Assembly: GCA_030265395.1 (NCBI GenBank)
Contig: JARFYF010000059.1
Location: forward strand, 16,433,206 to 16,497,205
Direction of reading: 5' to 3'
Source: Rhina ancylostomus
Taxonomy: Eukaryota
Length of the DNA stretch: 64,000 nucleotides
Below the pieces are notes generated by a model. The model saw only the letters and a program-made list of their open reading frames with translations, made no database searches and was not told where the DNA came from. The translations under genes were made by a program, and so were the position numbers. Below, piece by piece: positions 36,901-51,900 of the stretch (position 1 is the stretch's first letter; every line of letters begins with the position of its first letter).

Positions 36901-39900
36901 TTATTCCCTCTTCCTTATGTATTCAACTGGTCACATCCTCAAAGAACTCCAACAGATTAGTCAAACATGACTGTCATTTCATTAGTCTACGCTGACTCTC
37001 CTATTCTTTTCAATGTGTTCTGTATTGCATCCTTCATTATAGATTCTAGCACTATTCCTGCTATTGACATTAGAAAAGTAGCCTTCTGGATCATCTAACT
37101 TTTACTTGCACCCTCCCCAATAGCACTAGCAAGTGTCCCACTGATGGGCAACGCCAATGATTGGTTTAGGTCCTACCTGTCAGAAAAATGATTCCACTCC
37201 TTCAGAAATTTAAAGCCCTCCCTCCTACAACATCTTTCCAGCTATATGTTTATTTGCTCTATCCTATTTCTGTACTTGTTAGCATGTGGCACTGGGAGTA
37301 ATTGTGAGATTACTAGCTTTTCTAGCTCCTGAACTTCTTTTCAATGTATATCCTCAGTACATATATGGATCGTGACTTCTGGCTATTCACCCAACCTGTC
37401 AGGATTCTGTGCAGATGCTCTGTGACACCTTGACCCTGGCATCAGGGAAGTAAAATATCACCTGAAGTTGTGTCTATGGTCTTAAAAATGCATGTTTTCC
37501 CCCATAACTATTAAATCCTGTATCACAATTGCTGTTGCACTCTTCTTTCTGTCCTCTCCAATAGTTGAGCCATTCGTGGTTCCACATTGCTTACTTGACT
37601 GCAGCCCCCTGAGGAATCATCAACCTGAAGAGTCTCCTGATGGGCGTGTGCTGCTCATCACCTGCCTGGCTGTCACCCATTTGGCCCTCTGCCTCCACAA
37701 TCTTAAGCTAAAAGTACAATCTGTAAAGTACTCGGTGAATGTACCACAGGCAATGAAACCATTGTTCCAGCTTCAATATGCAGAGCTACTGCAGCTGGAG
37801 ACTCAACTACAGAAAGGGGTCATTTAGCCAGTCAGGTCCATGCCAGCACATGGGAGGGGGGGAAGCAATCCCCTTAGTCCCTATTTCCCCTCCTTGTTTC
37901 CTTATCCCTGAAACTTATTCTCTCTTACTTTCGCCCATCAAATCCCCTTTGATTCTTTTTGCCATTAATCTACATTGAGGGATAGTTTACCTGAAGCCAA
38001 TTAACCTACCAGCACATCTTTGGGATGTAGGAGGAAAGTGGAACACCTTGAAGAAACCCACATAGTCATGGAGAAAGTTTGGAAGCTATGTGCAAGTGGA
38101 TATCTAGGACAAGGGAAGTATCCAAGGTTTTCCACATGTCACTGGCTGCACAGTCCATTTGCTGAGCTGCCCTGCCATGCTTCAGTAATAACTTATCAAC
38201 AAAAAGAATTGTTAGAAAGTATTCATCATCCACCTACTGGACTTAAACAGATGACTTGCTGTCAAACTGAATACCAGTGCTGAGATTCTTCTAGGGATCC
38301 TACTCACTATTGCCCCTGTTCACTATCAAAGCTCTGCATAAACCTCTTATAACTGGCCTGTTTCTCCAAGCTTTTACAAGCTTCTAATACAACTCACTAA
38401 CAATTTTGCTTTTCATAGTATTCTTGGAAAGTGGCTTGAGGTATTTTGGAAAACTATATGTGTGATTTTTGCCAAAATAATATGCCTTATTATTTAGTGG
38501 TTTATTATACTTATCAGAGTACTTCACAAACTACATTTTACTTTCAGTCCAGGTGAAGGTGGTGATACGCAGCAAGATTCTGTTTAGGTTGATGAGCTGA
38601 ATAACTAATTGATTGGTTTTTAATGATGTAGTTGAGAGAAGAATGTTCCCTGGGCCATTAAGGGGAATTGTCTGGTATTATCGGTTGTTGGGATTGACAC
38701 TGCATTGGCAAGATGGCACTCCAAATGTGTGCATCCCTTATGCATTACCTTTTAACCTAGATTGTGTGTTAAAGTGCTCTTATAGAGCTTGAACTAGTCA
38801 TCGATTCTGACAGGTTTACTGCCAACTAATCCATACTGATTTAATGGAAAAGTTAACTGGGAAAACCGTAACTGTGTGTTTGGATACCATCAGTCATCGT
38901 ACTTCACAACCTTATTTTGAATTACTGTTTCTGTATTTTTGTTTTAGGTTGGGCTCTTTATTGATTACTTTGTTCATCTCTTCCAAAATCTCAAGTTCCA
39001 AATTATTGGAAAATGTATCCTTTAACTTGCAGTAATGTCAGAATCTGACAAGTGACTGGAGGAGAAACACTACATCATACTGAACCTGTAGCAGCATCCA
39101 CATCCTCAGAATAAATAAATTAAGAAAAAATGGGGACCGAGGATGACTTTATTTTATCTTCCACATGCCAAATCTGCTATGAATTGCCCTCTGGTTAGTT
39201 GGCCTTGCTGTATTCTTTAAAAGAGCTATTTTTTTCAAATCTTTGAGTTTTTATCCCTTTGCATCAGCAGCTTCCTGCCCTGGTTTGGTTGGTGCACTTC
39301 AGGATATTGTGTGAATCCAATCTTTGTAGAAAGAAACTGTAATCTTGAAGGTGTTCTGAGTGCTGTATATTTTCCTTGATTTCCTTCCCTTCAGCGGTGG
39401 AAGATTGCAGTGAGGGGGGCTGTCTTGTACTCTCCCTCCTTGAGATTCTAGCATTCAATATTGGTTTCATCTTTTTGGCCAGCCTGCTGGTGCTGATTGA
39501 GGTACAAAATTGCAAGCATGTTACTATTGCACTTGGCTTAATGCTCTCTATCAAAAATGAAACTATTAAACAGTATAAGACAGCCACAGCATTTGATGCT
39601 TCATGTCCAGTGAACACTACATTGCTTACTTTCTGTTGCTCGCCCTACACAATGCTCATGACAGTTGTATATCATCATTTCCTTCAGAAAAGCTTAAAGG
39701 TAGCTTTGTAAGGCAGTCTGAGCCTTGTCTTTATTATCAGGCCTTTATTATTTTTGAAAAATCTCTCTGCTTCACAGCCCATTGCAGCTGGATCTGGAAT
39801 TCCTGAAATCAAATGCTACCTAAATGGGGTGAAGATCCCTGGGATTGTGAGGCTCCGGACCCTGGTCTGTAAAGCACTGGGTGTGCTCTTCTGTGTGTCC

Positions 39901-42900
39901 GGAGGTAAAGAACATTTATTTCTTTCTCTTTTAGATAAAAGCATAGTGAAACGTGCTGAGTCTCAATATGATTACCAACAGCCCCATGAAATGAAACATT
40001 ATAGAATATATATAGAAGGTCAACCAGGATTAAGACAGAGAGTATTTTGGGTAGAATGTTCTATTGCAAATATTCTCTGTTACTGTGTTTGTAAATCTCT
40101 GAAATGGTAATGTTCTAGTGACATTTACAGCTTTATGTACAAACAGCAATATGCTAATCTGCTCTCCTGTAATCTACTTAATTTGGCACTAATAGTTCAG
40201 ACTTTTACCAATGTAAATTATTAAATAGTTCAGGTGGTAAAGTTGTATTTGTTCAGGAATTACCCTGTGATTCAGTGGCATGTAATAAATAGTCTCCTAT
40301 GTTAATCAATTGCATTCTGGATCAGTTTCAACTTGCCTGTCTACATGCATATATTATGTGCTTAGTAAGTTGTTTATTTAATTTTAATGGAGCGCTATAC
40401 AAATAACAGGAGGATTGCTATGATGAGCTGTGATGGCATGGTTTTACTTTGTTTGTAGTGGGTCATTTACTACTTAATATGGAACATCGAATAGCACAGT
40501 ATGGGCCCTTCAGCCCATGATAATGTGCCAACCTATATGAACCTCTTGTGTGGTCAATCTAACCCTTCCCTCCTACACAGCCCATAACTCTCCACTTTTC
40601 TTACATCCATGTGCCTATCTAAGAGTCTTTTAAATGTTGCCATTGTATCAGCCTCTACCACCACCATCCCTGGCAGTGCATTCCAGGCACCCATTACTCT
40701 CTGTGTAATTAAAAAAAACACTTCTGACATCTCCCTAAACTTTTCTCCACTCACCTTAAACGGATGTCCTCCGATATTGGCCAGTGCTGCACTGGGAGAA
40801 AGGTGTTGGCTGTCCACTCTATCCATGCCTCTCATAATCTAATGCACCTCTGTCAAGTCGCCTCTCATCCTCCTATGATCCAAAGAGAAAAGCCTGAGCT
40901 TGCTCAACCTTTCCTCATAAGACACGTTCTCTAATCCAGTCAGCATCCTCGTAAATCTCCTCTGCACCCTCTCTAAAGCTTTCACATCCTTCCTATAATG
41001 AGGTGACCAGAATTGAACACAATATTCCAAGTGTGGTCTAACCAGAGTGTTTCAGAGCTGCAGCATGCCTCATGGCTCTTCAACTCAATCCCTCGAGTAA
41101 TGAAGGCCAGCACACCATGTGCCGCCTTGACCACTGTATCAACTTGCGCAGCAACTTTGAGGGATCTGTGGACTTGGATCCCAAGATCCCTCTGTTCCTC
41201 CACACTGCTAAGAATCCTGCCATTGTACTCTGCCTTTAAGTTTGATCTTCCAAAGTGTATCACTTCATTCTTTTCTGGATTGAACTCCATCTGTCACTTC
41301 TTCGCCCAGCTCTACATCCATTCTTCTGGTGGGTTGCTCATTTTAAANNNNNNNNNNNNNNNNNNNNNNNNNNNNNNNNNNNNNNNNNNNNNNNNNNNNN
41401 NNNNNNNNNNNNNNNNNNNNNNNNNNNNNNNNNNNNNNNNNNNNNNNNNNNNNNNNNNNNNNNNNNNNNNNNNNNNNNNNNNNNNNNNNNNNNNNNNNNN
41501 NNNNNNNNNNNNNNNNNNNNNNNNNNNNNNNNNNNNNNNNNNNNNNNNNNNNNNNNNNNNNNNNNNNNNNNGCTTTCAGGCTTTCGTATCTTCTACCTGA
41601 TGGGAGTGGGGGGTGAAAAGAGAATGTCGGGGTGAGTGGGGTCTTTGATTATGTTGGCTGCTTTACAGAGGCAGCGACAAGTGTAGACAAAGTCTATAGA
41701 GAGAGGCTGGTTTCCATGATGTGCTGAGCTGTGTCCACAACTCTGCAGTTTCTTGTGGTTTCAGGCAGAGCAGTTGCCACACCAAGCTGTGATGCATCTG
41801 GATAGGATGCTTTCTATGGTGTATCTATAAAAATTGGTGAAGGAAAGGGGACATGCCAAATTTCTTTAGCCTCCTGAGGAAGTAGAGCTGCTGGTGCACT
41901 TTCATGTGCCTTGTGTTAGCTGAAGAGCAAATCATCTTCATACTGAAGTGCATTTTAATTTATGCCATTGTTTATATAAAAATGTTGATAATAGATTGCT
42001 TCATTGGTGACTATCTCTGACAGCACACTTTTTACTGGATCTGGGAGTTCTGTAGAAATAGGATTTTGTATTTTTCCAAGGTTTTCTAGTATGAGAAGAC
42101 ATTTAGTCCTCTTCTGTGGTTTGAGTTGCTTCATTTATTTTTAAGGTGAATGCTTTCTTGTTAGTGCGTACAGCCTTTACCCATTTGGTTCACTTGCTTG
42201 GTCCTCCTGGAAGTCTTGGGTGCTGCCTGTATAAATGGACAGGTTACTTTGCTTTCCAGGTTTATTTGTGGGGAAGGAGGGCCCAATGATTCACAGTGGA
42301 GCAGTGGTGGGAGCAGGGTTGCCTCAGGTAAGTAAGCAAAGCTACCTCTCGCATTTAATCTGATTTATATGTAATATATTTGGGATAAGATGCTGTTTAA
42401 TCCCCCTGATGATCAGGTTAGATATCCTACTGTCCTCTTGGTTCTGTTATTAAAGTTTCAATTAGTAAATTACAGAATTACATTAATTCTGTATCACACC
42501 CCACACCTCCCCTACAATCAGATCAACCTCCATTCATTTTTAATGTAATGATAAATACTTTGTATATATGATCAGAAATTGTACTCCTTGTGTCTCATTT
42601 GGGTAACTGGTCCAATGTCTTTACTGGTTCCACCAGCACTTGCTCCACATTTGGAAAAAGTAAGACTAAAACAGTGAATTGGTGGGATCTAGTAGGTCTT
42701 TGTTTTTGCCTTCATCTGAGTTAATTCTGAATATATATCATTGTCCAGAGCACTACTCAGCATGTGGTTCAGCCACTCTTGCAAGTCGTTTGACTTTGCA
42801 AGAAGCACATTGCCTATTACTGAAAAGGCTTAGAAATGCAGCAGTAATAATTTGCAAGTTTTGAACATAAACCCTTTTTATTGTTTTCTGGAGTTTGTGA

Positions 42901-45900
42901 ATCTGTCCAATGTCTTTGTTTGTGACAGGAGTTCTGTAACTGTACTGCAGTGTTTGTGATGGTATTTAATTTGTGATATTCTTTGACTGAAGTAAGGGAC
43001 AAATCTTTCAGATTATGTCACATTTTGTTACAAAGACAGAAGTTAATTGACTTAGCTGGATGGATGTGGATTGAATGCAGGTGAATTGTGAACTGAGAGA
43101 AAAAGTACAACTGGGTGTGGGCTGTGGAGGTGTAGTAGAATTGGAGGTAAGGGGCAGTGTGTGTTGTAGGGCAGAGCGAGGTGCATGGAGTGATTTTTTT
43201 CAGGCTCTTGCAGTGTTTTGCTCTGTATCTGATGCTTGCTTTGCTTTTTTGCCTCTTGGTACAGTTTCAGAGCATTACTTTCCACAAGATCCAGTTCAAC
43301 TTCCCTTATTTCCGCAGTGACAGGTAGGAATCCTCACCTCCAAATCCTGAATATTATTGAAATGCTAATTTATGTTGTCAGTTTAAGCTTGCAGAGCCTC
43401 AAGACTATCTACTGTTTGCAATTATTCTTACTGGGAGCTCAGTCATTTAATTGCTGTTTGTCATGTGGTTATTAACCATTGAAGAATGTAAATATGCAGT
43501 GTTTGCTTGCTGCCATTGTTCCAAAACTGAGTTTTGCTCATTGTTTTAGAGATGAATTTCATTAGATCAAGACTTTAATAATTCTCTATTTTTTTGTTTC
43601 ATGATTTTATTAATATATTGCATTTGGGATAAGATGTGAAATGAAACTTGAATATTTTAAGATTGTTGCTGAATACCAAAACCTTGANNNNNNNTAACTT
43701 GAAGCATGTGGGGAAATTGGACATGGTTTGTGGTACTTTATTCTGAGGAAAATATTGCTAAACTTGGAATGCCATGTAGTGAAACCAAACTTAACTCAAT
43801 TGCTGTAAATTAATGGCCCTTTTAATTTTGCCAGTAAGTTATTCTATATTGGTTTCAAAAGATCTGAAGAATTTCAGAAAAGTTTCTTGGTCAAATGCAA
43901 GGCAAACCAGCCTAATTCTGTGTAGAATTGAGCAATAAAACATGAATTTCACTGCAAGGTTTCATACATATTGTGTCCTGGCAACGGAACATTGCTGTGT
44001 GGTCTCTAGGTGGACGCTGTTGTACACAAAACTGTGGAGGGCAATGGAGAAGTGGCACCCTGTTCTAAAAAATAAACATTGATATAGAATATTGTGTTTT
44101 GTGGAGCATGGTTTTCAAATAATCACTTCAGTTGTTCTGTACAGTCTCCACTGAAGAGACAGGATGATGCTAAAATCTCCAATAAGGAAGGGGAAGCCCT
44201 TGGGGTATCAATGGCTGACATCAGAGTATCAATAGAAGGGGCCAAGGAGCAGGTTACATACCTGCTGACTGAAGCAGAGATTCCTAACTAACACCTTTTT
44301 TAAAAAGATACTGCCATTTTCTGATTCCTGGTTCGATGCCAGCATTGATGTGGGACAAATATGCTATTATGCATCATCCAACTCTTCAACCTCACTTCAA
44401 AGTGGTACCCTTATTACAATTATTTGATTCAGTCTTTGTTGTGTGGGCAGGTTGAGAATCCTTGTCTCTGATAATTGCAGATTGAGATGTTGAGACCCAC
44501 AGTCTCAATAAATTCAAAATGAAGGAATGTGTCTGGAGAGCAGATGTGCCTCAGTTGCCTATGATAAAGCAGGATGAGGACAGATTCGTGGCAGGTTAGC
44601 AGATTGCTCTGCTTTCACTAACTAGGTGAATTAAAATTTCCCCCCCCAAGTTGGATTATGTAATCTTTGGTTGGATTGTCAGATGGTGTGTAGTATCCTG
44701 TGACATTGACATTTACAGGCTGTGTTGGCTTTACAGAGACAAGCGAGACTTTGTCTCGGCGGGGGCAGCAGCAGGAGTTGCTGCTGCATTTGGGGCTCCA
44801 ATTGGAGGGACACTCTTCAGTCTGGAGGAAGGATCCTCATTCTGGAACCAGGCACTAACCTGGAAAGTGGTGAGTGAGATGGATTACTACCAGAGGCAAG
44901 CAGCAAAAAGGAGCATCTTCAAGCTTTTGTAGAATTTTTTTTTGTTGGGGTATAAGATGGGATGTTGCTAATCTTTGGCTGTGAGTCATGGATAATACAG
45001 CAGTTTGCCACAGCAGGTTTTTTGGGAGGGGAAAGTTTGTGTAGATGGTGTTTGTATGTGTACTTGGTGTAGAGCTAGGTGGGTATTGATTTGTGTTTGT
45101 AGTGTTTAGGCTGAAGTTCTGTGTTAAGTCATGGTGCTGTCTTTTGACTATTTCTTCTCCATTTTCCAGCTCTTCTGCTCAATGTCTGCCACCTTCACAC
45201 TGAACCTGTTCCGCTCAGGTATCCGCTATGGGAGCTGGGGCTCCTTCCAACTGCCAGGGCTGCTCAACTTCGGAGAATTCAAGGTATTTTGAATTTCTGG
45301 TTACTTTCTGTAGCAGCTTTAACTTTGTTATCTGAAAAATTGACCTCTACTTGTTCTGAACTGTTGTAACTTGACTAGATTTAATGTAGAAAAGATTTGG
45401 CTTCTATTCCAGAGTGAGACATCATTATTAAACATGCTCTAATTGGATGAAATGAGTGAAGTTATTTGTACTGATGTATTTCTGATTAAGTAGTTACTGT
45501 TCCAAAATATTTGTTCAGTAATTTATTAATAATTTAACTATATTTCAAAGTTTACTTATTGAAACTGACTAGTCTCAGTGGGTATCAATTTCACCTTGGA
45601 ATCAAAAGACTTTAGGCTCAAGACTTTCTTCTGAGACTTGAGCACAAAATCAAGGCTGACAGTCCAGTACAACACTTAAGGGATTTCATTTTGTTGTCTA
45701 AAGTACTATTGTTCAGATGAAAGGTTAAATCGAACTGATGTGTCTTCTTTGGGTATACACGAGGGATCCCAGGACTTGGAGAAGGGGATTTCACTGTGTC
45801 TTGTCCCTAACCAATATTACTAAGAGCAGATTATCTGGTTATCTTCACTTCTGTTAGTTACTTAAGGCCGTGAAAGATGCATGTTGGATATCTGTCTATC

Positions 45901-48900
45901 CATCTGTATCTGTTTGTCTTTGTTGCTCTGTTTCTGTTTCCCTATGGGTTTGTCTTTGTTGCTCTGTTTCTGTTTCCCTATGTGTGGCTTGTGCATTTCC
46001 CNNNNNNNNNNNNNNNNNNCGCATGTATTTGCTTGCACTCTGACATGTTTTCACACCGTGTCATCATCCTAAATTAAGCCTGACTGTTAGATGTTTCAAA
46101 GTACTGGTCGGAATATTCTAGGGCTGTGGTGTGCATGTCACCTCAATCTGTCTCGTGCATTATTTCTGATAAACCTGTACTGATGCTTGGCTCTTGGTAA
46201 ACCTATTGCAATATGTGATGGTGGTCCAGCTGTTAAGCGTACAGATCCTCCCCAGGTTATGAACTCCCAGCTTGTGTGCAGCCTGTCTGTACAAATGTAC
46301 ATGTGGGAGACTGGCGGTGTGGATTTGCTGGCAGCTGTGGGCATTGTCTGCAGTGGGGGATCTCAGTTTGCAGTGATATCTGAATGAATAAGCAAAATGG
46401 CCTGGTTTAATTACACATTGGTCTTGGTTGGCTAGTGTTTTTATTTGAATATATTGCCAAGCAGCTGCATTTCCAACTTACAAACAATTCAGGTTATAAA
46501 CAATTCTCTGGAATGGAACGTTGTCATTACCTTGGGAGAACCTATACATGTGAGTGAGGGTTTCGGGGGCTCCACTGGTTTTTTCATTTTAATATTNNNN
46601 NNNNNNGTTGTTGTTACTGTATTTAAGTGTGCAGATGGAGACAAGAAATGTCATTTGTGGACAGCGGTGGATCTGGCATTCTTCATTATCATGGGTGTGA
46701 TTGGTGGACTTCTGGGAGCAATGTTTAACTGTATGAATAGGAGGCTGGCAAAGTACCGTATGCGCAATGTACACCCTAAGGCCAAGTTTGTCCGGTAAGC
46801 AATGGTCACTGAGAGTTCATGAAATCTTTGAGTTTCACATAAACTTTGATCATATTCCAAATGATTTTGTTTAATCTTTCAACCTTTATTCATACTACTG
46901 ATTTTACTGAATTTGGCCAGGGTACAACTGCACAGGTGCTGGTTGTCCCCCAGTGCCCCAATCTACTTTTTCTTTATTATTCATTTTCAGGATCTGGGTG
47001 TTCTAGCAAGGCCAGCATTTGTTGCCCATCACTAATTGCCTGTGAGAAGGTGGCGCTGCGGTCCATCAAGGTGAAGATACTTCCATGGTTATGCTGGGGA
47101 GGGAGTTGCAAGGCGTAGCTACAGCAATTTAGGACCAACGAGAAGCTTCCTAGTCAGAAAGGTGTGCAACATGGAGGGGAACTTGCATATGGTGGTGTTT
47201 CCATGCACCACCTGCCTTTCTCTCCTTGGTAGGAGAGGTTGCAGATTTGGTAGGTGCTGCTGGAGTAGTCTAGGCAAGTAAATGCAGTACATTTTGTTGA
47301 TGGTACTCACTGCAGCTGTCATGGTGGAGAGCATGAATATTTTTTTTGGGGGGGGGGTGGTAACCAATCAGGCAAACTGCTTTATCTTGGATGATATCAA
47401 GCTTCTTGAGAGTTGTTGGTACTACATTCATCCAAGCAAGTGGAAAGTACTCCAAGTTCCTGACTTGTGCCTTTAAAGATATAGGGTGTTCCTGTAGCCA
47501 TGAAATTTGTGTCTGGCCTAGTAGAAGTTTTGGCCTACAGTGATCCAGGATATTGGTTGTGAGTACATGGTGCTGGTAATATTAAATGTCAATAGTAGGT
47601 GATGAGACTCTGTTGAATATGGGCATAGCCTGGCACATTGGCATGTGTGTTACTTGCGACTAATCAGCATGTGCTTGAATGTTGTCTAGGTCTTGATGCA
47701 TGCGGACAAGGGTTGTTACTTTTGCTGAGGAGTTAAAAACATTGGGCAATCATCAACAAACATTCCCACCTGTGATCTAATGCCAGGAAGGCTATTGATG
47801 AAACAACTGAAGATGGTTGTCTAGGACAGTTCAGTCCTGCATGGATGAGCTAGGGTGAGGATGATTGATCTCCAACAACCACAACCCTGTTCCTTTATGT
47901 GAGGAATGACTCTGAACACTTATTGATTTTCACTTATTGACTTCAGTTTTACTGGGTCACCTTGATGCCACAGTTGGTCAAGTTTTTTCCTTGAAGTCAA
48001 GAGAGTCACTCTTACCTTCCCTCCAGAATTTAGCTCTTTGACCATGTTTGGACTTAAGGCTGTAATAAATCTGGAGCTGAGAGGTTCTGGCAAAATCAAA
48101 CTTGGGTGAGTAAGCGCTGCTGGAGAGCACTGTCAGTGAGACCTTCCATCACTTTGGCAAATGGCCTGATCAGAGAGTAATTATCTGGATTAGATAGGCC
48201 CTGCTTTTTTGCGAACAGGACAAACCTAGGCAATTTTCCACATTGTGTGGTAGATGCCAGTGCTGTATCTGTACTGGAACAGCTCTGCTAGAGGGGTAAC
48301 TGGTTCTGGAGAGTAGGTTTTCAGCACTACATTTGGCACGTTTTCTGTTCCTGAATGCTTTTGCTATGTCCTGTGATCTCAGCTGTTTCTTGCTAACACT
48401 TAGTGAATCAAATTATCTGGAAACTGCCTTTTGAGATGTAGGGATCTCAAGAGGAAGGCACAATGGTGATCATCTATTTGAATCTTTGGACTGAATATGT
48501 GGAATTGTGCTCTTAGCACATGCTGAGTCCTGCCATTGGTGAGGATGGGAATGTTTTCAGAGTCTCCTCCCATTAGCTGTTTAATTGTCCACTGCCATTC
48601 ACAAATAGATGTGTTAGGACTGCAGGGCTTCAATCTGAACTGTTGGTTATGAGATTGCCTATTGCATTGGTTTTCTGTTTAGCAATCAAGTAGTCTTGTA
48701 TTGCAGTTTCTCTAGGCTGGTACCTAGTGCTGGTCCCAGCATATCCTCATGAACATGGTTGATGTCCTTGCTTGATGATAGTATAAGGGATGTGCTGGAA
48801 CATGAGATTACAGGTAGATTGTGTATACTGCCAGGCTAGTCTCTCTGAGAGACATTAAAGCCTTGAACTCTGTTTTCAAGTTATGCCTTCCAGCCTATGT

Positions 48901-51900
48901 CATTAGTCCAGAATTGGTTAACTGGCTGATTTTTATTTGTCACCCCATCCCTCCCTGCCCAGAGTTCATAGTGGCATACTTTAGAAACTACATGCCTGAG
49001 GAATAACTGTATACATGCCGCCTTGGTTGCTGGGTATAAGCTTAGCAGTTGCTGAGTATAGTTTCCGATCCAGTTCCGAGTGATGAAAATGCTGAAACAT
49101 TCTTGTAGAAGCCCAGCTAATTTGTGCCATTTATGTTCTGTTCCAAATTGAAACATCACATGAATGCTTTTTCATCACTGTCTCTGTATTCACCTTTAGG
49201 ATCCTGGAGAGTCTATTAGTTGCGATGGTTACCACGATGGTAATCTTTATAGCCTCCGTGACTCTAGGGGAGTGTCGGGAGATCCCTTCACAAACTCATA
49301 GCAACAATGCAACACTCCAGGTGAGTGTAACATTCATGCTTTTACACTCACTATACAGTCTTGTATTCTACAGGAAATGAATTTGTTTGTAATAACTTTT
49401 GGGGGNNNNNNNNNNNNNNTCATTGATATTGCTCTGTATCTCAGTGATTTATTGGACACCATTGGTTTTGTGTCCCTCCTCCCAACAGTTGCTGACAGTC
49501 AATGTGAATCGTCAACAAGCAGTGAAACAGTAAGGTTTAAGCAGCGTAAGTAAGGGCTTTTATTTATTGTGTATGTGATCAAAATTGTTAGCTTTCAGAC
49601 ATCATCACACTCCAAGAATGTATTGTGAGTTCCTTTTTATAATAAGAACTTTTTAAAATGAAGGTAAACGGTCTTAACTAACTACTGATCTTGAGCTTCT
49701 CAGTGCAATAGGCATAAATACTGAGTACTTCAGTGTTTCAGTCAGAAGGATGCAGGTGTACACTATGGTGGGTACCCAGTTTGCTCTGCCTTACCTTGAA
49801 ACAGCATTTCTCTGAAGCACACGAGCTGTGGAGAAAAGCAGCATCTTTGAGATGTGTGCCCAAGCATGGTACAGCTGCACGTTTCCAAATTTGACACCTC
49901 CGTTTTTGAAAAATAAATTGCTGTTTAGCATTCAAAATAAGTTTGGCTGTATTCAGACTAGTTGTTGTCTCAGGAGCACCCTGAACTCGGTGATCATTTG
50001 TACTTAAGTATTTGACATAGGGATTAAAAGTTCAGCTTGTCCCTGGTAATTGGAGGTTTTGGCTCATTCTCTGTGACAGGTGAAACTCCTAAGTGTTATA
50101 AATATAAAAACAGAAAATACTGGCTATATGCTGTGGAGTGAGCAGATCAGTGACCTTTCATCAGGAATGTGAAAAGTTTGAAATGAAATAAGTTTTCAGT
50201 TGCAGAGAGAGGGGCAGAGAAAACAAAAGGGAAGGAAACTGTGAAGGAGTCGGAAATTGATTTCCTGTACCTTTGAGCATGCTTTGAGTGTTTTTGGAAC
50301 CCTGGAGACTACAGATGGGTCAGAATGGCTTGGTGAATTAAAATGACTTCAGCTGAAAGGTTGTGGTCACCCTTGTGATCACCCAACCTATGCTTGGTTT
50401 CCCCAGTGTAGGGGAGACTATATCATGAGGACAAAATGCTAATGTAGGATTACCAGTAACTTCTGTTCTTATTTCGAATTTGTAGCAATTGCAGTGTTTA
50501 GCTTTTGAATTTTTGATGTAAATGGGTGTCTAGGATGGATTTGCTGGTTCATGTACATGGCTCCTACGACTGACACCTTGTGAATTAATTCTTTCACTAT
50601 GCAATCTGTTATTATGTACTTCAACTTAATTTCCCTCAGGTATCTGAGGAGGATGTGAATTCCAGCATCAAAACCTTCTTCTGTCGCAATCATACGTATA
50701 ATGACATGGCTACATTGTTCTTCAACCCACAAGAGACTGCCATTCTCCAGCTATTCCACCAAGATGGTGAGTCACAGTAGATTTTGTGTGATAAATTTTG
50801 CATTCATTTTGGCTTCATGTAGTAAATGTCTGCTTATCTTGACCCTAGACCTTCATTAGTGTGCCTGTGTGCTGCAGCTGCTGATTTCTCACTCAGCTAT
50901 AGTCCCAAGACGACTGAACCCTCTTCACTCCACATCATTTCCTTACCAGCTCCCCTCCTCCCCCCACTGCTATTCCATGTCCCCAACTCCATGAAAACAT
51001 CCCTGGGCTTGTTGGGGTGGTGGGGAGGGGTTGGGGGCAGATGTCATCCAACTGAAAATGTCAATCTTGATTTTTGTTAAATACAAGTTACATTGAACTG
51101 AGATATGAGTGATCTGACTGAATGACAAAGCAAGCTGTAGAGGCTGAATGGTTCTGTACTCTTTCATAGGGACTGGCTCACTTCTCAACTGCAATTTCAT
51201 TAGTCAAAAATCAAGAGAACAGATGCCATAAATTAGTTGATTGTTGTAATTGCCCGAATGATCCACGTGTACATACACAGTGTCAAAGATTGGTCTAGCG
51301 AATGAGCCATGCACAATGCCTAATATTAGATCAGCTGAAGGATTTTGCTTTTATGTAAGCTGTTCCATTGTTCTTGTTTCTGCAGGAACCTTCAGTCCAG
51401 TCACTCTGAGCATTTTCTTCATTCTTTACTTTATTCTGGCCTGTTGGACATATGGTTTGTCTGTCCCCAGTGGACTTTTTGTGCCCTCATTGCTGTGCGG
51501 TGCTGCCTATGGTCGACTTGTGGCAAACGTTCTGAAAACGTGAGTGTTCTGAGGATAAGTTTAGTGCAATTAGTTTCCAAATCTGTGTATCTGTGGTGAC
51601 TGCTGTCAATTCAAGATGATTGCAAATGTTGGTGTGCAGTGGATTATAGCAAGTCTTTGGTTATGCAAAGGAACATACACCACATCTATATTTCACATCC
51701 TGAGGGATAGGGAAGGGATAAAAAATGTTGGAACACTGGACAAAGGGAGCTAGTGAGGTACAGAGTGGTGTTGTGATGTATTAGATGTAACTGCTTTTAA
51801 AGAGTTTTCTTTTAATCTCTAGGTACATTGGGATGTCTCACATCTATTCTGGAACTTTTGCTCTAGTGGGAGCTGCTGCGTTCCTGGGGGGCGTGGTTCG

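Noticed and set aside
46621-46628. AAG acceptor with weak pyrimidine tract at CLCN6 exon 12
   Set aside because: Uncommon but canonical AG; exon size and frame are as expected.
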